From the NCBI GenBank assembly GCA_000934665.2, contig JYFJ02003279.1, positions 1-44,057 on the forward strand: 44,057 nucleotides of DNA, in the 5' to 3' direction. Shown in pieces: positions 33,571 through 44,057 of the stretch. Made by a program: the position numbers and the translations under genes. This DNA is from Catajapyx aquilonaris. Its lineage: Eukaryota. Numbering within the stretch: the stretch's first letter is position 1; every line of letters starts with the position of its first letter. The notes below the pieces were generated by a model. That model searched no databases and was not told where the DNA came from. It saw only the letters and a program-made list of their open reading frames with translations.

Positions 33571-34745
33571 TATATAATATTAATTTCGTATTCGTCGTGT
33601 TTGCGTAAGGTCTCTGATTGGCCCGCCGTATATTGTTAGCGCGACGCTTCCGATTGGCACCCGTCCTGCGCCTGCGCAATGGGGGGAGGAACTGGTCAGT
33701 TGCTTGCTGACTAGCGGCGAGTAAACATCGCGGACAGTCTATCCCGACAGCTCAACCCTTCCTCCTTCTCTACCTAGAAAAATGCGATGGTTTTTCTATA
33801 TAGTAAGTAAGTAAATAAATAAATAAATAAATAAATGTCATTAGTCCTGGGAATGCCACCCAATCTGCCAGCATCTGATATGCGATCAACGGTCAACACA
33901 TACACAATCCTAATCGCCCTCTGTTCTGATTAGCCAGCCTATTGGTCCTCTATGTATTATCAGCCCAGCAGCAATCATGCGGGGATAATTAATTACAAAC
34001 TAGCATGGGCCCGACGAGATACATGTGATTGCACCAACTCTTTCCGGATAAACTCCTCAAGGTCTCGCCCCACATTTTAATGGCAAGGCCGAAAAAAATT
34101 GACCCCACACGAAAATTGTTGCAAGATGTCTCAAGCAATTTGCATGAATAATGGAAATCGGGGGGGTATCGCATGCAAACATTACGTATGTGCATGCCCG
34201 TAACGCGTGACCCACCTACTGTATCTATGTCCTATGAACCCAAAAATTCGGAGCGAAAAATTGCAAATTGAAATTCACAGTCGACATTAGCTATAGGTGC
34301 AACTCTGTCCCGCCTACACGCGTCGACTTGTCACCTAGGTGCATGTAGTTACTTATGACTTTCCCGGCTCAACAATGAGCGGACACAACAGGTTCACTAG
34401 AGGTTGCGACACTCTTATCGAACAGTGTTGCCAAATTTTGGCAACGGGTTCATTTTTTTACTAGTGTGTGGCAATCATAGTAACTGGTGGATTCATGCAC
34501 CACTGGTTTGTTACTATTGAGGAATACAAAAAAAAAAGGGGACGCAAAATGATGGCACGTTTTATTTATCCAGTTCCTAGGCAACGTTATTGCTCACGTG
34601 AAATCGAACCATGAACAGTACTAAGTGGCCCTGACCTAGGGAAAATTAAAGTGGCGTAACCACCTACAGTTCTGTCATACTGTCGAAGCGATATGTTCGC
34701 CGTCAGTACACCATTAAAGATGATTTTTTAAAAATAAAATAAAAT

Positions 34746-34875
34746 GAGCGCAACACAGTTCGCGCAAATTGTTTCCAACACTACCTTTAAGGGGGTAACA
34801 ACATGGCCGACTTTTGCGATGTTGTCGGAACAATGAACTTGCCCGAGTGTGTGCGCGTACACGGTTGCGTTCGTA
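34746..34875. mobile_element. Family D short derivative
   Basis: GAGCGCAACACAGTTCGCGCA...GTGCGCGTACACGGTTGCGTTCGTA. Confidence 0.65.
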
Positions 34876-35479
34876 AAGAAACCCCAGGGCGTACGTGAAG
34901 ACACTTTATGAGCACCCTGTACTTGGGCCAACCTCCTTGCAAATTGACAGGTCCGGAGAGCCTGAGTGCGAGGAAGGCCAGCCCTTTATTGCTAACAAAT
35001 AAAAAATGTCGGTTCGCATGCTTCTAGCCTGGAAATGACCTGGGTCACGCATATATATTCCAGAGAGTGGAGGGGGGTATATATTCAGAGCAATCCAATC
35101 CGGGTGATTGGGTGTGGCCAATCGATACCACAAAAACCATTTAACATTTCCATTATATAAATCTCGAGCCATTGTTGGACAACATGTGCCCAACAATGCT
35201 CTCAACATTTTAAGAAAAAAAGGGGGATTTGTCCTTATAAATTGATTTTCAAGCGTCCGTGTGAAACAGGTGTCCCAAGTCGCCATTTTGTAACCTGTAC
35301 ACCTCAATTGCGGTTGACAGTTCCCACGAGTACAACAGTTGGTTCATCAGCTAGGTACACAGGTGGATTCCAGTTGAAAGTCCGGCCCAGGAAAAGACTG
35401 CGCGGGATTTACTCGGATTTTGCCAGACCCATTCCCACATGGTGGATATGGCGTAGGCTATATTTCGATTATGCGTGTA

Positions 35480-35624
35480 TAGGGAGTGGGGTTGCCGCTT
35501 CGGCGCTGCTGTAGTGGCGATTAGCACTTCGCATCGATATTACAAGACCGTTGATACTACTGTCAAAATCGTCAGGATTGCTATCAGCACTACAGCAGCG
35601 CCTAAGCGGCAACCCCCTTCCCTA
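35480..35624. mobile_element. 145-bp MITE-like inverted repeat with TAGGG...CCCTA ends
   Basis: TAGGGAGTGGGGTTGCCGCTTCGGCGCTGCTGTAGTG / CACTACAGCAGCGCCTAAGCGGCAACCCCCTTCCCTA; flanks CGTGTA / CGGGTA. Confidence 0.72.
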
Positions 35625-36713
35625 CGGGTACAGTCATACTGCTAGCGACATTTTCCGATGCGGCAGACGTGCAAGTGCGAGCCGTGCGAGTAAGAAATGG
35701 TAGACCGTGTGTGACGTTACTGGCTGGGGACAAGCCTTTTCTTCATTGCCCCCCCCCCCCCCACCCGATGACATCACTCAAGGCCTACCTCTTCTTACTC
35801 GCACGGCTATAACTTCGATTTGCACTTCCGCCGCAAGCAGTATGACGCTGTACAGCTGATAACGACACGGGGTTTCCATAAGGCTGGGGTGGGAATGTCA
35901 TTGGGCTGCTGCGCTCTACATCAATTTTTGGGGTGGGGAAAACACATGGCCTGAAGTTGACCAACAAATTATAAGGTCGAAAGTTGCTTAATGCGCTGCA
36001 GAGGACAATTATCGACTTCTTTTAGCGAGGCCACGGCTCATTAGAAGGTGTGCGAGACACATGTGGGTCGCGTGCTTGGGACAGTGCGTGACCGCAACCC
36101 ATTTGGCACGCAATAAGAAAATCCGACGGTGCCAACGGTCCCGACACGACAATTTCCGACGTCGGTTTCCCCCCCACCGTTTTCTTCAGAGGTTTTTTAC
36201 TTTGTTATAGAGACACGATATTGAGTGAAGAAATCGGTATAACGCAACAGGATCACCGGAATCGTGCCAATCAGGAGCATAAATATACCTACACGATACG
36301 CTATCGAAGTGTCACATCCTCCAGATAACAGTGGCTAACTCTGGTCGGAACTGGGTCGGAAGCAACCTGTGATGTTAACACTATCGGACTATCGACTTTA
36401 CTATTCACACGTTCCGATTTGCACTTATCTTACACACTAGTTGTCTGTGGTTACAACCCTGGACCTTGCCTCATTTTGTGCTTCAAGTTAACAACCATAT
36501 GACCCCCAAAACAATGTAAGGAATATTTGACTCGAGCTAATAGTGTTATCATGTGTCGTTGCAGACCTTATTGGCTCAATAATAAATGGCATCCACCTGG
36601 GTCAACAACTGGCAATTGCCTAATAGAAAGCTGACTCTAATGGCGAACATGACGTACAGTTATTTATGGCGCATACTGTGGCTACCAATTTGAAATACCG
36701 ACGAAAAGTACAA

Positions 36714-37606
36714 GCTCAACCGAGTGCGCACTCCAGTTCGCTCAGCTTGTACGGTTGGCACTACCAATAAGCTCTAGTGGGCAAATTAGCGACGCAATTA
36801 TTTCCAACTCCACTTGAGCGGAAATTGGCCGATGTTTGCGACGTTGCTGAGGCTCTGGAACGAACCTTCCATATATATATTTAAACTAGCGCAACCGAGT
36901 GCGCATCCACATTGCGCAACTCCAATGTTCCGACAACAGCATTGCCACAGTTACTCACACCGGCAGCCTCTAAGGTTCGTTCCATAGCCTTGGCAACATC
37001 GCAAAAGTCGACCATATTGTTACTCCTTCAATCGTAGTGTTGGAAACAATTTGCCTCAACTTGGTTGAGCTCATTTTAAAAATTAATCTCGTTCGTACCA
37101 GCATCGGCAACGTCGCAAACGTCGGGCAATTTTTGTTCCCTCTCAAATGTAGCGTTAGAAATAAGTGCAGCGCTGATTTACCAACTATTCTGTGGTTCCC
37201 AACCTGTGGCGGACGGTCGCGCATGGCCGGGGTTATATTTATAAATTTAAACAAATAACTAAAATGCAAAAATAAATTAAACCAATTTTATAGTAAATTT
37301 CACACCGAATGGTTTTTTTCAACACCTTCTAACACTGGAGGGGGGGGGGGGGGGGANGGGGGGGGAATTGTTGGGAACCACTGCACTATACAGAGTAGAG
37401 CTTATTGGTAGTGCCAACCGTGCACACTACGCGAACTGGGGTGCGCACTCGGTTGTGCCCATACAAAATTCATGAGTAGGGGCAACGTCGCAAACGTCAG
37501 CCATTTTTGTTCCCTCCCTAGTGTAGCATTGGAAATACATGCAGCACTTATTTATTGGTAGTGCCAACCCTGCATGCTGCGCGAACTGGGGTGCGCACTC
37601 AGTTGA
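36714..37606. repeat. Cluster of family D fragments in both orientations
   Basis: CAACCGAGTGCGCA at about 36717 and 36892; reverse copies GGCAACGTCGCAAACGTC at about 37106 and 37481; GCGAACTGGGGTGCGCACTC at 37431 and 37581. Confidence 0.7.
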
Positions 37607-37675
37607 AACTGGCTGCTGGGACATTGTTCAGAGCAAGATTTCATTGAAGTTCATGTCATCTGACAGAAGACTGAC

Positions 37676-37774
37676 CTCAACGTCAAGTGTGGAGTCCGGC
37701 GTGTACGACTCGTCCAGTTCCATCATATCCATTGTTACCAGCAGTACAACACTGTCTCCGTCACATGTTGTCAG
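37676..37774 (-). CDS. ATP8B: Candidate ATP8B alternative 5' exon (MDMMELDESYTPDSTLDVE from ATG 37732)
   Basis: Acceptor TGTTTGTGCAG, donor GAG|GTCAGT, 99 nt open frame, phase 0 out, joins 25824 exon in frame. Confidence 0.5.
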
Positions 37775-38489
37775 CTGCACAAACACATGGTTCTATATAG
37801 TTTGACCCCGCCCCAGTCAAATGAGGACCAGAATCAAACGCACGTGTCACTTCCTCGACAACTACTGAGCACTGGCTGCAACCAATGGAGCTCTTATCAG
37901 GAGGGGTTGCCAGGTGCAGTGAGATACAAAAAAAAAAAAACCCCCACTGATGCCCTTTTGGACACTAGAAAAACTTGGGTTATGGGTTCCACGCCCTTTT
38001 GACGTCATGGCACGTGACAATAGGGAGGATCCTTGCACTTGTGCAGGTAGGTGCCTCTCTCTGGGAAAATTAGAGTATGGTGGGGGGTGGAGGGAGTCAT
38101 CAAGGGCAGTGGGAGATCGACCTTTTCGTCTGGCATCACTGGGTCACCTGCGTTGAATCAGTGAGGAGCATTATGCATGGAGGGCAATTGGCCATTCCCA
38201 TTGGACTGCTTGATTGGGGTTATCAATTCCGATTCATGTGATGCCGCAGCCTCTTGCCCAACAATGCAAATCAGATGCACAAACGGACTCTGGAATGTCA
38301 GAGCAATAGATGGCGCATCCTACCTCTCTACACGCTGCTGCCACTCACAGGGGGGGTGCGAGGGGTAGTGGTACTACATGCACATTGGTGATGAGTCATC
38401 CCGGACAACCAGAGGCACATAATCCTGCGCGGGTACACACATAATTATTCATGCTAACGCATAGTGAGCAATTAGTATTGCCAGTCCGC

Positions 38490-38716
38490 TCAAATTGTTT
38501 CCAACACTATGGTTGAGGGGGTATAAATATGGCCGACTTTTGCGACGTTGCCAAGGCAATCTTAGAGGCTACCAAAAGAGCTTATAAGAATAGTTACTGC
38601 TCTTTGAGCTCTAGCCTATCGGTGTGAATTTGTCCCCCTGAGGAGTAACTGTGGCAACGTTGCTGTCGGAACAATGGCCTTGCGCGAGTGTGGGTGCGCA
38701 CTCGGTTGAGCTCGTA
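38490..38716. mobile_element. Family D partial copy
   Basis: TTTCCAACACTA...ATGGCCGACTTTTGCGACGTTGCC...GTGGGTGCGCACTCGGTTGAGCTCGTAA. Confidence 0.68.
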
Positions 38717-39209
38717 AAGAAATTCATCTATAGTTAATCCTATGAACCGTTAAACAGAGATGGAAGCCCCATTGCCCTTTGGCTGGATGGATACAGCATG
38801 CTGTAGTAATACCAACGCCATGTTCAACTGACAAGTATGTGAGCCGACTTTTGAAACACGCGGTGATCGTGACAGGAACGTGTAATGGTTTGTCCGTCCT
38901 TTAACGGGGCGTCAAATTGAATTCAACCTGTGTGCACTGTACGGAATCAATAGTAAACTCTCTTGAGACATATAGAGTTTAACGCCCACATGTGTATAAT
39001 GATGGCGATACTATGGTTATGTCGATACACATGTCCCTCCGATTAATATTTCAAGGGTTTCGCACATGTATCGACACTTGAGCCTTTTGTCCGCCAATGG
39101 GTCGCTAACCAGGCATCGATAAATCTATGTATTGGCAATCGACATATCCACCACCTTATTTGCCCTTACCCACACCTCTATACCCTCTCGAAAATAGTGA
39201 GAGAGAATA

Positions 39210-40090
39210 TTCATTAACAATAATTTTAACAGTTATGCCACAATATTAAGTTCTCTAACACTTCTAAAAGTAATTAGCCAAAATTAAGTTATCTGACGCT
39301 ATTTAACCATTATGTAGCAATATTTACGTTCTCTAAAATATTCAACAGCCACTTAACAATATTTAACGGTTATTTAGCAATATTCAACACTTACTTAAAA
39401 TATTTAAGCTATCTAAAATATTATAAGAACATGTAAGAAATTTGACAATATTCAACAGCTATTTAACACTATGCATCGGTAATTTAACACTGTCACAGTT
39501 TATATTCAACACTATGCAAGTTATTTAGCAATATCTAACAGTTATCTCAAATATTCAACAGTTATTTAACAGTTATCTCATATAATCAACAGTTATCTAA
39601 CAGTTATCTCATATAATCAACAGTTATCTAACAGTTCTCATATAATCAACAGTTATCTAACCATAAGTTACATAATATTCAACAGCTATTTAACAATATT
39701 TAACGGTTATTTAGCAATATTTAAGTTATACAGGGTGTTAATCCTAAGCGTGTCGCCAGAAAAGGTGGTGGTAGAGGGCGAAGGTGTGAGCATTTTTGCA
39801 TAAGGAACTGGGGGTCGGAAACGCACCCTCACCGAGTCACTCCGCCTCTTGCACACTGTATGCCGCAAACTTGAAAGGGGCGTAACTCGGTGAGGGTGCG
39901 TTTCCGACCCCTAGTTCCTTATGCAAAAATGCTCACGCCTGGGCCCTCTACCACCACCTTTTCTGGTGACACGTTTAGGATTTACACCCTGTATAACAAT
40001 GTGTCAGTAATTTAACAATATTCAACAGATATTTACGAATATTTTAACAGTCATTTAACCATATTCAATAGTTATTTCACGATATTTAAA
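39210..40090. repeat. AT-rich degenerate minisatellite (ATATTCAACAGTTATTTA core)
   Basis: Repeated AACAGTTAT(T/C)T motifs, about 31-bp units at 39538-39660; resumes after the MITE insertion. Confidence 0.8.
39731..39991. mobile_element. MITE family B, 261-bp palindrome, Tc1/mariner-like with TA target duplication
   Basis: TA|CAGGGTGTTAATCCTAAGCGTGTCGCCAGAAAAGGTGGTGGTAGAGGGC...GCCCTCTACCACCACCTTTTCTGGTGACACGTTTAGGATTTACACCCTG|TA. Confidence 0.92.
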
Positions 40091-41050
40091 ATTCGAAATA
40101 AACTGTCTGCGATGGGCACATGTCTCGATTTAATTTCATGATATCGTTTCCTGGCATTATTGCACCAATATATTATTCACAAAGGTAATATCTCGCAACA
40201 TGACCAGCAAATGAAATTTTTAAATTATTGCCTTTATTTTTTTGGGAAAATCGTGGCCCCCAAACTATTCTATAAAAACACGCGAGCTTCTCAATTACTT
40301 AAAAAGCAACAATGGGTCTCACTAGTGATTACCACAAACTCAATGAGTCGCAATGAGAACGATGTCGCTAATAAAGTGGCTAGCGATTTTTTTGGCTCCA
40401 AAGTGTCTTCCCTTTATTTTTAGCAATTACTTTCAACCAGTTAATTCCAGATAGTTATCAAAAATACAGTATTAGCTGTTTGTACTGTGTTGAACTAAGC
40501 AGCTTATTTTTTGACGACCTCGAAAAGTAGTGATTTGGAGGGAATTGCTTAAAAATAAGTATAGCTTAGTGCCAACAATCGCTGTAATTATGCCAATTAA
40601 CACACGAATTTTCGTCTCACTGCTATATAGTTACTGCCAACTTAACAGCACCAGTGTTGGCAACGGTACTACTAAATTAGCAGTAACTATCAGTGGGACG
40701 AAAATTCCACCCACTGTCTACCAAAAAGATGTTTAGTAGTTCGTAAAAAACCTTTCTCAGCTGTTTCCTTCAGAATACGTCACAATAAAGCAGCAGTTGA
40801 CATTTACAACACCCCTCCACCTCTTCCTATCCCGTCAAAATGTCGCGACATTTACTTGGCCTTCATCGAAATTAAAGACTAAATACAGCCTAAACCGAAT
40901 AAAAATCCACACCGCACGAGCTACTGGTAACACGTAACAGGTATTTCCCAGATGATGTCAGATCGGCAACCTATTGAGAACAAAGATTATATTACTCTTG
41001 GGTCTGATATTTCGAGCGCATCCATTTGTCTCGGCTGGCAACACCCAGAT

Positions 41051-41402
41051 CAGGGAGAGAGGCGCAAACTTCTGTCGGCGCCTTTGATGTTCGCGTCTCT
41101 CTGTTTGGGGCCGTTGCCAAGGATGGCGGTCATTTTGAAATGTGGGCAACGCCAACGAGGTATAAATAGGGTACAGGCAAAAATAGGGTCCGCCATCTTT
41201 GATGGTTTTGGCGGCCATGGCCAACTACACGGAAAGAACACGCGCGAATCAAAGATGGCGGACATTATTTTTGCCTGTGGCCTATTTATACCTCGTTGGC
41301 GTTGCACACACTTCAAGATGGCCGCCAGCCTTGTCAACACCCCAAACAGAGAGACGCGAAAATCGAATGTTTGCGCCTCTTATGTAGTGTATATGCTCCC
41401 TG
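41051..41402. mobile_element. MITE family C, copy 2 (opposite orientation, deletion in left TIR)
   Basis: Same internal sequence as 19897-20249 in reverse; ends CAGGGAG...TATGCTCCCTG; flanks only partly match. Confidence 0.88.
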
Positions 41403-42949
41403 GTCAGGTAGTACGTCTCCATATTTGCCCCCACACAAGCCGCCATGTTTGGTCCATATAACACATATCACTCGTTTTTTTAAATATATATACTTTTGAC
41501 GCACTGTTACTTCATTGCTAACGGCGGATTACATGCAATCAGGCAAAGTGGGGTTTCTTGCTAATCTCAAATATTAATCGTGTCACTGACACCAGAAGCG
41601 TCACGCTCACTACAAAGAACTATAGAGGGAACGTGGTCCCTTATCCATAATGGAGTTCCTGAACACAAAGACGCCCGTTGTCTTTCAGAAGATTTTTGTC
41701 CTTTCCAGCAGAGTTTATTTCCCCAGAGGCATACACTTCAGAGGCTATGTCACTGATGCATAAGACCCCCCACCCCCCTGTGCATTATATACAGTCTCTC
41801 CAATGCCACCACAGTCAACGCTCTTATCAGCTTGAAAGATCCGCCACACGCATGTTATCATTGCACGCAATAATGAAGTACTCCCCAAACGTCACTCTTG
41901 ACGTCACGAGACGAGCTTCAATTGTACAGGGAGTAATCGATGCTCAGGGACATTACAATGAATTATTACAGTCCATAAGGAGGGGGGGAAAGACCGCGCA
42001 AGTTTAAATATTACGGCCGCCATTTTGATTCCGTGACGTCACTGGGAAGCTGACGTCACCGGAAGACAATCCTGGAAATATTGACAAGGATTGGAGATAA
42101 CAAAAAAAAAGTCTTCCAATGAAAATGATATTACTGCCGCCATTTTGATTCCGTGACGTCGCCGGATGTCACTGGAAATATGTCAAGGGGTTGGAGATAA
42201 CAAATAATTCATCCCTTGAAAAAAAATTGCTTCTAAAACAATTGGGGTGTACTTTGAGGACAAAGCGTAGGAGTAAGCCAATCTGTATAATCTCGCATCG
42301 CAAACCCAAAATTGCAACGAATAAGAAGCGGAAATATTCCTGGAAAGGGATCGGGAATCGATCCGAGTGTTCAAACAGATTATCTAGTTCTTTTTCTGAG
42401 AGGGTATATAGGATAGTCCCCCTCACCAATAATCTATAGGCCGTTAGATGGAAGAATAAGAAAGGAAAAAAAAAATCCTATTAAAATGTCTCTGCTATAG
42501 CTATTATATCTATATATAACAACAGGGTGATTCAGCAAGTGAATATTTTTAAAAAAAATTATGATTATTTTCAAGGAGTTAAATCTGGGTCGTTTCCTAT
42601 TCACTCTATAAATTCCGTCCTAGCACCCTACTCGACCTGGGCCATAAAAAAAAAACCACGTTAAAACCTTCCCTCCCGGAGTGGGTATGAAAAAGGCCAC
42701 ACCCTTCTCTCGACACGCCATCAATCCCATTTACTCAGGTTCACTCCCACAAACCCACAGGTAACAATCCACTGGAGGGAGAATCAAGTCAAATCGGGGC
42801 CAGTCAGCATTAAAATATTTCCAAATAGACGAAGCTACCACCGGCATAGCTCTTCGAGATCATGGGAGAAACACAACAACGTCGTAAATGCCAGCCATTT
42901 TATTCTCTCCCCCCCCCCCCCNCCCCCCCCCCCCCCTTCCCAAAAGGTA

Positions 42950-43640
42950 GCGTTGGAAATAAGTGCAGTGCTTATTTATCATTAGTAATGCCAACCGTGC
43001 AAGCTGCGCGAACTGTGGTGAGCACCTGAATGACTGTTCCGACCCCTCAAGACCCCTGCGAGTACAGTGCTGGACATTAATTCCGTCATACTGCTAGTGA
43101 CATTTTCTGTTGCGGCAGAAGTGCAAATCCGATGTGGCTTTAGATGAATTTTTGACGAGTGCAACCTAGTGCGCATCACAGTTCGCGCAGCTTGCATGAT
43201 TGGCGGCATTATTAATGTGATAAACAAAGCGCTGCACTTATTTCCAACGCTACGCATAAGGTGGACCAAAAATGGCCGACGTTTGATACGTTGCCGAGGA
43301 TCTCGAACGAATCTCAGCTTCCAGAACAACGGATCTGCGCAAGTGTGGGTGCGCACTCGGTAAAATTAATATATAAAAATTTTAATTTATTATCAGATAA
43401 TCAGTGTAGTAACATATCCCTCACGTAGATGGCGCATCTGCCACTCCCAGGGTTGTGAGGTGTTTGTAACTGTCAGGCATCTAGTGCTCACCACAGTTAT
43501 TCGCGCAGATTATACGGTTAGCATTAACAATGATAAATAAAGCGCTGCTATTATTTCCAAGGCTACGCTTAGAGGGGGAGGAAAACAAAACGTTCTCCCA
43601 TGACCCCGAAGTGCTATGCCGGTTGCGACGTTGCCAAGCT
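42950..43640. repeat. Cluster of family D copies in both orientations
   Basis: Reverse fragment 42950-43030, near-full copy about 43155-43362, partial 43482-43640. Confidence 0.7.
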
Positions 43641-43654
43641 TCATAGGCTATTGG

Positions 43655-44057
43655 TATGGAGCATATACTACATAAGAGGCGCAAACTTCTGTTGGCGCCT
43701 TTGATGTTCGCGTCTCTCTGTTTGGGACCGTTGCCAAGGCTGGCGGCCATCTTGAAGTGCGGGGAACGCCAACGAGGTATATATAGGATACAGGCAAAAA
43801 TAGGGTCCGCCATCTTTGATGGTTTTGGCGGCCATGGCAACTTCACGGCAAGAACACGCGCGAATCAAAGCTGGGGACCCTATAGGGCTGGCGGCCATCT
43901 TGAAGTGTGGGGAACGCCAACGAGGTATAAATAGGGTACAGGCAAGAGCTCTGGGTACAGGCAAAAATATATTTTTGCCTGTACCCAGAGCTCTTGCCTG
44001 TACCCTATTTAGGAGTGAAGTGTGGGGAACGCCAACGAGGTATAAATAGGGTACAGG
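43655..44057. mobile_element. MITE family C, copy 3, rearranged, runs off right edge
   Basis: GGAGCATATACTACATAAGAGGCGCAAAC start; internal segment GAAGTGTGGGGAACGCCAACGAGGTATA repeated three times. Confidence 0.85.

Noticed and set aside
34906..35307. Minus-strand ORF with GWPSSHSGSPDLSI, reminiscent of the Tc1/mariner WPxxSPDLxP motif, next to a lone CACCCTGTA end at about 34913-34921
   Set aside because: Spacing is wrong, no other transposase motifs are visible and no paired TIR was found; a profile search (tBLASTn/HMMER against Tc1/mariner transposases) would be needed.
37340..37366. Poly-G/poly-C runs (also 21592, 25554, 35749, 42909) as G-quadruplex elements
   Set aside because: Several contain N calls, so lengths are unreliable, and there is no other functional evidence.
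40952..41499. 169-aa ORF and relatives at 19752-20294 and 43481-44049
   Set aside because: Translations of palindromic MITE family C on both strands; no transposase motifs.

Overview
Eukaryotic (invertebrate, probably arthropod-like) genomic DNA with GT-AG introns; no prokaryotic genes, RNA genes or CRISPR arrays were recognised. Left end: the 3' end of a Tc1-type transposase, then the long terminal exon of a PTAR1-like protein prenyltransferase alpha-repeat gene (+). Convergent with it on the minus strand is an ATP8B-type P4-ATPase (phospholipid flippase) that I could splice by hand in phase: 16 shared exons from 12475 down to the stop at 4714, mostly separated by 55-62 bp introns. Not shown by the ORF track: several phase-compatible alternative 5' exons (about 16.0-16.3, 25.8, 28.5 and 37.7 kb, weakly 24.8 kb) and a candidate 63-aa in-frame acidic cassette exon (8488-8676), so most of the window appears to be ATP8B 5' intron. 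That region is packed with many families of palindromic non-autonomous DNA transposons (MITEs; Tc1/mariner-, P-like and Harbinger-like ends), nested insertions, MITE-related tandem arrays, AT-rich minisatellites and motif-dense repeats (E-box/CLEAR, CCAAT+NRF1, YY1, CRE). All gene models are manual predictions without transcript evidence; repeat boundaries are approximate unless stated.
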